Source of the DNA: Myxococcales bacterium
GTDB lineage: Bacteria > Myxococcota_A > Bradymonadia > REDH01
NCBI GenBank assembly: GCA_020633625.1
Contig: JACKDJ010000008.1
Coordinates: 55,881-119,880 of the forward strand
Direction: 5' to 3'
DNA length: 64,000 nt
Shown: in pieces, positions 56,605 to 64,000 of the stretch
Numbering within the stretch: the stretch's first letter is position 1
Layout: the number at the start of each line of letters is the position of its first letter
Position numbers and translations under genes: made by a program
The notes under the pieces: model-generated
What the model saw: the letters and a program-made list of their open reading frames with translations, nothing else
Told to the model about the DNA's origin: nothing
Database searches by the model: none

Positions 56605-56790
56605 CCGCCGCACTACCCTCGGGCGGGCTGTGGGGCCCGGGCGGGCTGTGGGGCCCGTCGGTCGGGCGCACTACCCTCGGGCGGGCGGGCGCTCCCCTCG
56701 GGCGGGCGACGGGGCGGGCGACGGGACTTGGGCGCTACCCCCGGGCGGGCGGGCGGTCGGGCGGGCGGTCGGGCGGGCGACGCGAAACCT
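56605..56790 (-). repeat. REP array, inverted orientation, with short tandem duplications
   Basis: cactaccctcgggcggg at about 56611 and 56669, and gctacccccgggcggg at about 56733 (reverse complements of ccgcccgagggtagtg). Also cgggcgggctgtggggcc x2, gggcgggcgacg x2, gggcgggcggtc x2. Confidence 0.8.
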
Positions 56791-56876
56791 ATCACCCCAC
56801 CGCAGTTGCCCTCCCGCGCGCAGGTGGTAGATGGTGCGCTACCGCGGACCCTGCCGCGGCGCACCGAGTGAGCTGG

Positions 56877-59738
56877 ATGAGCGACGTCACCGACTGGAAA
56901 GAGACGATCCTGCTGCCCGAGACCGCGTTCCCGATGCGCGCGAACCTGGCGGCGCGCGAGGCTGAGACGGCCTCGCGTTGGAAGGAGCAGCGGCTCTACC
57001 ACCGCATGCTGGAGGCGCGCGCAGACGCGCCGGCCTTCACGCTGCACGATGGGCCGCCCTACGCCAACGGCGGCATCCACCACGGTCACGCGCTCAACAA
57101 GATCCTCAAGGACGTCGTCGTGAAGTACCGGCACCTCGCCGGCTTCCGCGCCACGAACATCCCGGGCTGGGACTGCCACGGGCTCCCGATCGAGCAGAAG
57201 GTCGACGAAGAGGTCGGCGCCGCGAAGGCCGGGATGTCGGTCGTCGAGTTCCGTGCCCGCTGCCGGGCCTATGCTCAGCGCCACGTCGATCTGCAGCGGT
57301 CGCAGTTCGAGCGGCTGCTGTTGCTGGCGGAGTGGGAGCGCCCGTATCTGACGATGTCGTACGACTACGAGGCGACGACCCTTCGCGAGATCGGTCGGTT
57401 CATCGACGGCGGCTACGTCTACTCGGGCCTCAAGCCGGTCCATTGGTCGTGGGCCGCCGCGACCGCCCTGGCAGACGCCGAGGTCGAGTACGCCGCGTAC
57501 ACCGCGCCGAGCGTCTACGTCCGCTTCGCGCTCGAGTCGCCCCCTGCCTGGCTGGCGGACGCTGCGGGCGGTCGCGCGGTCGACGCCGTGATCTGGACGA
57601 CGACGCCGTGGACGCTGCCGTCCAACGTCGCGATCGTGCTGCACCCGGACATGGAGTACCAGCTCCTCGCGCTCGACGCCGGCGCCGCGATCATCGTCGC
57701 GACCGAGCTGTCGGAGTCGGTCCGTGCAGCTTGCGCGCTCGGCGACCTCGAGGTGCTAAGCACGTTCGCGGGGGCTCAGCTCGTCGGGACCGGCGAGGCG
57801 GATGCTCCTCGCCTCGTCGCACGGCACCCGTTCATCGACCGGACCTCGGTGCTGCTGCCCGCCACATACGTGACGGCGGAGCAGGGAACGGGGCTCGTGC
57901 ACACGGCGCCCGGCCACGGCGCGGAGGACTTCGAGACCGGCCTCAAGTTCGGGTTGCCGGTTCTCGCACCGGTGGGCGCCGAGGGGCGGTACACGGCAGA
58001 GCTGGCCGCGATGGGACCGTTTGCTTCGGGGCTGGTGGGCAAGCACGTGTTTGCTGCGAACCCGATCATCTCCGAGCAGCTCGCGACATCGGGACGACTG
58101 CTCAACCGCCCCGGCGAGACCGTCAACATCGCGCGGTACCCCCACTGTTGGCGTACGAAGAAGCCGCTGATCTTCCGCGCGACGGCGCAGTGGTTCATCA
58201 ACGTCGACCACGACCGTCTGCGCGAGCGCTGCCTCGAGGCGATCGGCGAGACGCGCTGGATCCCGCACTGGGGCGAGAACCGCATCCGCGCGATGATCGA
58301 GGCGCGCCCGGATTGGTGCATCTCGCGCCAGCGGGTCTGGGGCGTCCCGATCCCCGCGTTCGTATGCGGCGGCTGCGGCGGCCATGTCCTGTCTGGGGAC
58401 GTGGCGCGCCATGTCGCGGAGCTCTGCGAGACACGGGGCGCCGATGTGTGGTTCGAAGAGGGTCCCGAGGCGCTGACCCCGCCCGGGCTCGTCTGCCCGT
58501 CGTGCGGCGCGGGACCATCGCAGTTCGAGAAGGTGACCGACATCTTGGATGTTTGGTTTGACTCCGGCGTGAGCTGGGCCGCCGTGCTGCGCGACCGCGA
58601 GGGGCTCGGCGAGATCGCCGATCTCTACCTCGAGGGCTCCGACCAGCACCGCGGCTGGTTCCACACGTCGCTGCTCGTCGCTGAGGGGACCGCAGGACAC
58701 GCGCCGTACCGATCGGTCCTCACCCACGGCTTCATCGTCGACGCAAACGGACACAAGTACTCGAAGTCGAGCCCGAACTTCGAACCGCTCGACAAGATGC
58801 TCGCCGAGCACGGCGCCGAGGTCCTGCGCGCCTGGGTCGCCATGGTCGACTACCGGCACGACATGGCGCTCGCGCCCGAGCTGCTCAAGCAGACGTCCGG
58901 GGCATACCGGAAGATCCGAAACACCGTTCGCTTCTTGCTCGGCAGCGTCGGGGACTTCGACCCCGCAAGGTACCCGCTCGAGCAGCAGGCGCTCGACCCG
59001 CTCGACCGTTGGGCGCTGTCGAAGGCGGCGGACTTCGTGGAGCGCGCTGCGGCGGGGTACGACGCCTGCGAGCTCCACGCGGTGTTCCACACACTGTTCG
59101 AGTACTGCAACGAGTCGCTGAGCGCGGTCACGCTCGATGTGCTCAAGGACCGGCTCTACTGCGAGTCTGCCGACGACCCGCGCCGTCGGGCGTCGCAGGC
59201 GGTGCTCTACGCCTCCCTCCGCGCCGTCGTGATCGCGATGGCGCCGATCCTCAGCTTCACGGCCGACGAGGCGTGGGGCTTCATGCGGCTTCTTCCGACG
59301 GACGCCGACAACGTGTTCCTCTCGCGCTTTCCTACGCCGGACGGCTGGCGAGACGCCGAGATCGAGGCCCAGGTCGCCGCGGCGTTGGCGATCCGTGCGC
59401 GCGTCCAGGAGCAGATCGAGGCGCGGCGTCCGAAGACGAAGGGTGAGCAGGTCGAGGGCCAGATCGGCTCATCGCAGGAGGCGCACGTGTCTCTGATGGT
59501 GACGCCGGCGGCGCACGCAGCGCTCGGCCCGGTCGTCGAGCACCTACGGGAGCTCTTCATCGTCGCAGCCGTCGACGTCACCGTTGGGGAGGCCGCGGAC
59601 GCGTCGGGTGTCGATGTGGCGGTCGCTCCGTCGCACGACCCGCGCTGTCAGCGCTGCTGGAACCACCGACCCGACGTTGGCGGGGAACACGCCGACCTGT
59701 GCGGCCGTTGTGCCACGGTCATCGAGGCAAACGCATGA
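56877..59738 (+). CDS. ileS: Isoleucine--tRNA ligase
   Basis: ATG at 56877. HIGH motif (PYANGGIHHGHALN), KMSKS-like (KYSKS), C-terminal zinc CQRCW...CGRC. Confidence 0.96.
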   Translation: MSDVTDWKETILLPETAFPMRANLAAREAETASRWKEQRLYHRMLEARADAPAFTLHDGPPYANGGIHHGHALNKILKDVVVKYRHLAGFRATNIPGWDCHGLPIEQKVDEEVGAAKAGMSVVEFRARCRAYAQRHVDLQRSQFERLLLLAEWERPYLTMSYDYEATTLREIGRFIDGGYVYSGLKPVHWSWAAATALADAEVEYAAYTAPSVYVRFALESPPAWLADAAGGRAVDAVIWTTTPWTLPSNVAIVLHPDMEYQLLALDAGAAIIVATELSESVRAACALGDLEVLSTFAGAQLVGTGEADAPRLVARHPFIDRTSVLLPATYVTAEQGTGLVHTAPGHGAEDFETGLKFGLPVLAPVGAEGRYTAELAAMGPFASGLVGKHVFAANPIISEQLATSGRLLNRPGETVNIARYPHCWRTKKPLIFRATAQWFINVDHDRLRERCLEAIGETRWIPHWGENRIRAMIEARPDWCISRQRVWGVPIPAFVCGGCGGHVLSGDVARHVAELCETRGADVWFEEGPEALTPPGLVCPSCGAGPSQFEKVTDILDVWFDSGVSWAAVLRDREGLGEIADLYLEGSDQHRGWFHTSLLVAEGTAGHAPYRSVLTHGFIVDANGHKYSKSSPNFEPLDKMLAEHGAEVLRAWVAMVDYRHDMALAPELLKQTSGAYRKIRNTVRFLLGSVGDFDPARYPLEQQALDPLDRWALSKAADFVERAAAGYDACELHAVFHTLFEYCNESLSAVTLDVLKDRLYCESADDPRRRASQAVLYASLRAVVIAMAPILSFTADEAWGFMRLLPTDADNVFLSRFPTPDGWRDAEIEAQVAAALAIRARVQEQIEARRPKTKGEQVEGQIGSSQEAHVSLMVTPAAHAALGPVVEHLRELFIVAAVDVTVGEAADASGVDVAVAPSHDPRCQRCWNHRPDVGGEHADLCGRCATVIEANA

Positions 59739-60499
59739 GCCGATACATCTTCTTCTTCGTTGTCGCGGGTCTGGCCGTCTTCGCCGATCTAGGCACGAAG
59801 CACCTCGCCGAAGAGCAGCTCGCGTCGGTGACGCGCCGCTGGGACCACCCGATGGAGCGCGTCGTGGCGGGGGAGCGCGGAGCGTCGCTCTCGGTCGCCG
59901 AGTGGGTCGACGCCGAGTTTGGAGCGGGCACGTCCGAGGCTGACCCCGCGGTCGTTGCCGGCATCTTTCGGCTCGACGACGCGGGCGGCCGCCTCGGGCC
60001 GCTTCCGATGGTCGCCACAGTGGCGGCCGGCGATCGGCTCGAGGTGCAGCACCGCGAGGTGGTGATCGTGCCGGGGTTCTGGAACCACGTCTATGTGCAG
60101 AACTTCGGGGCGGCGTGGGGGTTCCTCGCCAACCACGACGAGCGCTTCGTTCGCCCGTTCTTTCTGGGCGTCGCGCTGATCGCAGTGGCGTTCGTGATGT
60201 CGCTGTTCCGGAAGACGCGCTCGGACCAGAAGCTGATGCTGCTCGCGCTCCCGCTCATCGTCGGCGGTGCGGTCGGGAACTTCGTCGATCGTGCGCGGTA
60301 CGGGTACGTCGTCGATTTTATCGACTGGTACGTGACGACGGGCGGCCGCGAGCATCACTGGCCTACGTTCAACGTCGCGGACGTGTGGATCGCGATCGGG
60401 GTCGGGCTGATGCTGCTCGAGATCGCGCTCTCGAAGGAGCCCGCGCCGTCGACGGCCGCCCAGACTTCTTCGGCGACGCCGTCGGACGAGGCGGCCTGA
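59735..60499 (+). CDS. lspA: Lipoprotein signal peptidase (signal peptidase II) with an extended periplasmic insert
   Basis: ATGA overlap with ileS. Motifs NFGAAWGF, GGAVGNFVDR, VVDFIDW, FNVADVWI. 254 aa, against a usual length of about 160-170 aa. Confidence 0.9.
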   Translation: MSRYIFFFVVAGLAVFADLGTKHLAEEQLASVTRRWDHPMERVVAGERGASLSVAEWVDAEFGAGTSEADPAVVAGIFRLDDAGGRLGPLPMVATVAAGDRLEVQHREVVIVPGFWNHVYVQNFGAAWGFLANHDERFVRPFFLGVALIAVAFVMSLFRKTRSDQKLMLLALPLIVGGAVGNFVDRARYGYVVDFIDWYVTTGGREHHWPTFNVADVWIAIGVGLMLLEIALSKEPAPSTAAQTSSATPSDEAA

Positions 60500-60529
60500 C
60501 GCTCGCGGACCCCGAGCAACGCCGCTCGG

Positions 60530-61687
60530 CTAGATGCCGGCGAGCGCCTGCTCGAGGTCTTCGACGAGGTCCTCGATGTCTTCGACTCCCACGCTGAGCC
60601 GCACTAGCCCGTCAGAGATGCCGAGCTCGGCGCGGACGTCGGCGGGGACACTGGCGTGCGTCATGATGGCGGGGTGCTCGATCAGCGACTCGACGCCGCC
60701 GAGCGACTCTGCGAGGGCGAACAGGCGCGTGCGCTCCAGAAAGGTGCGCGAGGCGTCGAGGCCTCCGGCGAGCACGCAGGTGATCATGCCGCCCGGTCCA
60801 GACATCTGTCGTTTGGCGAGTTCGTGCTGCGGATGGGAGGGGAGACCCGGGTAGATGACGCGCTCGATGGCCGGGTGAGCCTCGAGGAGCGTCGCGATCC
60901 GGAGCGCGCCGGCCGCGTGGGCGCGCATGCGCAGGCCCAGCGTCTTGAGCCCGCGGAGGACGAGGAACGAGTCCATCGGCCCGAGCACTGCGCCGGCGGA
61001 GTTTTGGATGAACTTGATCTGCCGGTCGAGCTCGTCGTCGTTGGTGACCGCGATGCCGGCGACGACGTCGGAGTGGCCGTTCAGGTACTTCGTCATCGAG
61101 TGGACGACGATGTCGGCGCCGAGCTCGAGCGGGCGCTGGAAGACGGGGGTCATGAAGGTGTTGTCGACGACGACGCGAGCGCCGTGCGCGTGTGCGCGCT
61201 GGGCGACGGCGGCGATGTCGACGAGCTTGAGCATCGGGTTGGTCGGCGACTCGATCCACACGAGCTTCGTGTTTGGTCGGACGTGCGCGTCGAAGTTCTC
61301 TGGCGCGGTCAGGTCGACGAACGAGAACTCGATGCCGAGGCGGGCGAGGACCTTTGTGAAGAGGCGGTAGGTGCCGCCGTAGAGGTCGTCGCTGGCGACG
61401 ACGTGGTCGCCGGCGGAGAGCGTCTGGAGGACGGTCGCGGTGGCGGCGCACCCGCTGGCGAACGCGGCGCCGTGGCTTGCACCTTCGAGCGCGGCGACGC
61501 AGTCTTCGAGCGCCTTGCGGGTCGGGTTGTGCGTGCGCGAGTACTCCCAGCCAAGGTGAACGCCGGGGCTCTGTTGAACATACGTGGATGTTTGGAAGAT
61601 CGGCGTCATGATCGCGCCGGTCGAGGGGTCGGGCTCCTGTCCGGCGTGAATGGCGAGCGTGTCGAGGCGGTGTTTGCGATGTGTCAT
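60530..61687 (-). CDS. Cys/Met-metabolism PLP enzyme (cystathionine gamma-synthase/gamma-lyase family)
   Basis: [20 protein letters not shown]... PLP-lysine context HSMTKYLNGHSD. ATGA overlap with the upstream gene. The rest of ORF 60530..63601 is a spurious extension. Confidence 0.9.
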   Translation of the reverse strand: MTHRKHRLDTLAIHAGQEPDPSTGAIMTPIFQTSTYVQQSPGVHLGWEYSRTHNPTRKALEDCVAALEGASHGAAFASGCAATATVLQTLSAGDHVVASDDLYGGTYRLFTKVLARLGIEFSFVDLTAPENFDAHVRPNTKLVWIESPTNPMLKLVDIAAVAQRAHAHGARVVVDNTFMTPVFQRPLELGADIVVHSMTKYLNGHSDVVAGIAVTNDDELDRQIKFIQNSAGAVLGPMDSFLVLRGLKTLGLRMRAHAAGALRIATLLEAHPAIERVIYPGLPSHPQHELAKRQMSGPGGMITCVLAGGLDASRTFLERTRLFALAESLGGVESLIEHPAIMTHASVPADVRAELGISDGLVRLSVGVEDIEDLVEDLEQALAGI

Positions 61688-63201
61688 GGGTCGAGCTCGT
61701 GTGGGAGGTGAAGTCTGGGGGCGCGGTGGTACTGCACCGGGGAGTACGCGAGGAAGTTGGTGACGCGCGAGGTGTAGAGGCAGGCGTAGCGCTCGGTCTG
61801 TTGACCGAAGATGGAGTGCTCGTTGCCTGCCTTCATGAGGGCGCCCCAGCGGGGGTGAAAGTGTGCGTCGACGCGGTCGGCGTGCGCACGGATGTCGGCG
61901 ACGAGGTCGCGGGCGCGGCGCGCGAGCCGGTCGGAGTTTCGGACCGTCTCGGCGGCGGCGTGGCGCCACTCTTCGCGCTCCTGATCGGTCCACGCGTCGA
62001 AGCCGACCTCGTCGGGGTGCTGCATGACGAAGCGGACCTCGGTCTCGAGGAGCATGGCTTCGCGGACGGTGGCGAGCTCGGCTTCGGCCCGCTCCCACGC
62101 GTCGAGGTCGGCCTTGACGGCCGCGATCGTGGCGACCTCTTGCTCGAGCTCGGGGATGATCATGGCGGTTCGCCACTTCGAGTCGCGCTTGCTTCGGAGG
62201 ATATCGCCGTAGAGGTGGTCGCCGACGTAGAGGATCTCGTCGCCTTCGGCGCCGATCATCCGGGTGAACTCGCGGAGGTTTCCGTGCTGGTAGACGACGT
62301 TTCGGCGGAGCTGCGTGTGTTCCTCGCCGGCGACGCGGCCGTCCTTGTCGAGGATGGCGAAGGGGGTGTCGAGCTTGAAGAAGTCGGGCTTCTTGGCGCC
62401 GGTGACGACGACGTCGAAGTAGCCCATCCAGTCTTTGTAGTCGGCGGGCCCGTTCTCGAGCAGGTACGCCATGACGGCGTCGGTGTAGTCGATGTATGAG
62501 TTGGTCATCAGGAAGAGCTTCTTCCCGGCCGAGCGGAAGCGGTGCAGCGTGGCGCCGAGTCGGCGGTCCCGCTTGATGTACGTCGGGAGGTCCGCGAGGA
62601 CGATCGACTTCAGTGAGCCGTCGGCGTGGATCGAGTCGACGGCGTAGCGGACGTGCACGGCGAGCTTCTCGAAGTCGACGTGCGTGCCGATCCCCTCCAG
62701 GTAGTCGACCATCGCCGAGTAGACGTAGGCCTCGGGCACGTGGAACAGCGTGTCGAGGACGTCGTAGCGATGCTGGGACAGGACTGGCGGCGACTTTCGG
62801 TACGCCTCGACGTCGTCGTGCGGGAGCTCGGCGAAGCCGTGCACGCCGCGGTCGACGTGCCCGTGGGCGTCCATCTTGAGCACGTGCCCCAGGGCGCGGT
62901 CGATGACGAGCCCGCGGATCGCGAACGACGGGTCGTACGCGATGTCTGCGACCTCGGCGGGGTAGCCAAAGCGCTCGACTAGGCGAGTCATCGACAGCCG
63001 GTGACAGAGCGTGTCGAACGCCTCGACCTTGTAGACGGCGAGGGTGTAGTCCATGTCGAAGCCGATCCACTCGATCGCGGCCTGGTTCAGGTCGCGGTTG
63101 CAGTAGACGTGGCGGTATCGGCCCTCTTCGGCGCGGGCACCGAGTCGGAGCAGGAGGGCGATGTACTGGTGTCGGTCGGCGTCGGGAGTCGCCACGGTCA
63201 C
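61684..63201 (-). CDS. HAD-superfamily 5'-nucleotidase (cytosolic purine 5'-nucleotidase family)
   Basis: Putative GTG at 63201. YCNRDLN...IGFDMDYTL (DxDxT), [17 protein letters not shown]. Confidence 0.8.
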   Translation of the reverse strand: MTVATPDADRHQYIALLLRLGARAEEGRYRHVYCNRDLNQAAIEWIGFDMDYTLAVYKVEAFDTLCHRLSMTRLVERFGYPAEVADIAYDPSFAIRGLVIDRALGHVLKMDAHGHVDRGVHGFAELPHDDVEAYRKSPPVLSQHRYDVLDTLFHVPEAYVYSAMVDYLEGIGTHVDFEKLAVHVRYAVDSIHADGSLKSIVLADLPTYIKRDRRLGATLHRFRSAGKKLFLMTNSYIDYTDAVMAYLLENGPADYKDWMGYFDVVVTGAKKPDFFKLDTPFAILDKDGRVAGEEHTQLRRNVVYQHGNLREFTRMIGAEGDEILYVGDHLYGDILRSKRDSKWRTAMIIPELEQEVATIAAVKADLDAWERAEAELATVREAMLLETEVRFVMQHPDEVGFDAWTDQEREEWRHAAAETVRNSDRLARRARDLVADIRAHADRVDAHFHPRWGALMKAGNEHSIFGQQTERYACLYTSRVTNFLAYSPVQYHRAPRLHLPHELDP

Positions 63202-63317
63202 CTCGTCTGGCGGTGCGGCGCGCGTGGGGCCACGCGCGCGGGCATCGTGCGGGGTTTTGCCGCCGCGAGCAACTGGAGTACGGTGACGCGTTCTCGGTCC
63301 CGGATCGTGAGGACGCG

Positions 63318-64000
63318 GTGGCGAAGTCGTGCAGATCGGTTCTTCGGACGACGGTCGTCGTCGCGCTCGCCGCCTGCGGGGTGGTCGTCTGGTGCCCCTT
63401 CGCCAACGCGCAGGAGGAGCTCTGGGTCGACGCCGAGGGTGCGCGGTTCGGGCCGGACGATCCGCTGACATTCGGCGCGTTCCGAGAGCTCGCGGCCGAC
63501 GCGTCGCCCGCAGTAGTCAGCCTGCAGGTGGTCGTGTCGCTGCGGGATCGCGGCGAGGGGGTCGGGACCGCGAGGAGTGACGGGAGCGGGTTCATCATCA
63601 ACGCGGACGGTCTGTTGCTGACGAACGCCCATGTGGTCGAGGGCGCGCGCTCGATACGCGTCGTCCTTCACGACGGGCGCGAGCTTCAAGGCGAGCTCGT
63701 GGGCTCGGATGAACGGACGGATCTGGCGTTGGTCCGCGTAGCGTCCGATGACCCGCTGCCGTTCGTGGCCCTGGGGGACTCGAGCGAGCTTGCGGTGGGC
63801 GACTGGGTGGTCGCGATCGGCAACCCGTTCGGCTTTGACCACACCGTGACCGCCGGGATCGTCTCGGCTTTGGGCAGGCGCGATGTGCATCCCGATGGGC
63901 GCGACCTGTACGAGGACTTCATCCAGACGGACGCGTCGATCAACCCGGGCAACTCCGGCGGGCCCTTGCTCGACGTGAACGGTCACGTCGTCGGCGTCAA
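63318..64000 (+). CDS. HtrA/DegP-family serine protease, N-terminal part (runs off window end)
   Basis: Read by hand. GTG at 63318 gives a signal-like [24 protein letters not shown]. Then [27 protein letters not shown] (His), DLALV (Asp), [14 protein letters not shown] (Ser). Not in the ORF track because it is open-ended. Confidence 0.85.
   Translation, partial: MAKSCRSVLRTTVVVALAACGVVVWCPFANAQEELWVDAEGARFGPDDPLTFGAFRELAADASPAVVSLQVVVSLRDRGEGVGTARSDGSGFIINADGLLLTNAHVVEGARSIRVVLHDGRELQGELVGSDERTDLALVRVASDDPLPFVALGDSSELAVGDWVVAIGNPFGFDHTVTAGIVSALGRRDVHPDGRDLYEDFIQTDASINPGNSGGPLLDVNGHVVGV

Noticed and set aside
61688-63601. N-terminal 640-aa extension of ORF 60530..63601
   Set aside because: Only the last 385 aa (from ATG 61687) look like a PLP enzyme. 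The extension is R/P-rich and overlaps the well-supported 5'-nucleotidase gene in another frame.

Overview
This is a high-G+C bacterial chromosome segment. Hand counts of single 60-nt lines give about 70-75% G+C in core genes. The many lipobox lipoproteins and Cys-rich exported proteins suggest a myxobacterium-like deltaproteobacterium, but that is inference only.

Most of the window is housekeeping. Core genes, in order:
- ppiB, a D-aminoacylase-family amidohydrolase, an M48 peptidase and menB.
- A rhodanese-MoeB fusion, maiA plus an FAH-family hydrolase, and rpe-rsmB-(unknown)-fmt-def.
- priA, galU, polA, a GAF histidine kinase and ppdK-glyS-glyQ.
- ileS-lspA, a trans-sulfuration PLP enzyme, a HAD 5'-nucleotidase and a partial HtrA protease.
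- Many of these are translationally coupled through ATGA, GTGA or TTGA overlaps.

Three accessory patches stand out:
1. 1-5.3 kb. An IS21-family element (istB partial, istA, plus a coupled Cys-rich third ORF), a cluster of REP-like repeats, and a 5'-truncated orphan Rhs core with a C-terminal toxin and a candidate immunity gene.
2. 10.4-18.4 kb. A mosaic island bounded by a 26-nt direct repeat (25 of 26 identical). It holds an IS3 transposase pseudogene abutting a frameshifted hsdR 3' remnant. It also holds a lower-G+C ABC-type ATPase + HNH nuclease pair (Septu-like, with an unassigned N-terminal domain of about 200 aa). On the other strand sits an operon encoding a 2-TM protein plus two PD-(D/E)xK-motif proteins that I cannot assign to a named system. 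That operon is my best candidate for something undescribed.
3. 54.9-56.8 kb. A REPtron: a Y1/HUH REP-associated tyrosine transposase flanked by inverted arrays of GTAG-headed palindromic repeats. The same repeat type occurs at 3.0 kb and 5.4 kb.

Most other long ORFs in the track are Arg/Pro/Gly-rich antisense shadows of real genes. I found no rRNA, tRNA or CRISPR. CDS coordinates come from ORF-track arithmetic. Hand-located repeats may be off by 1-2 nt.
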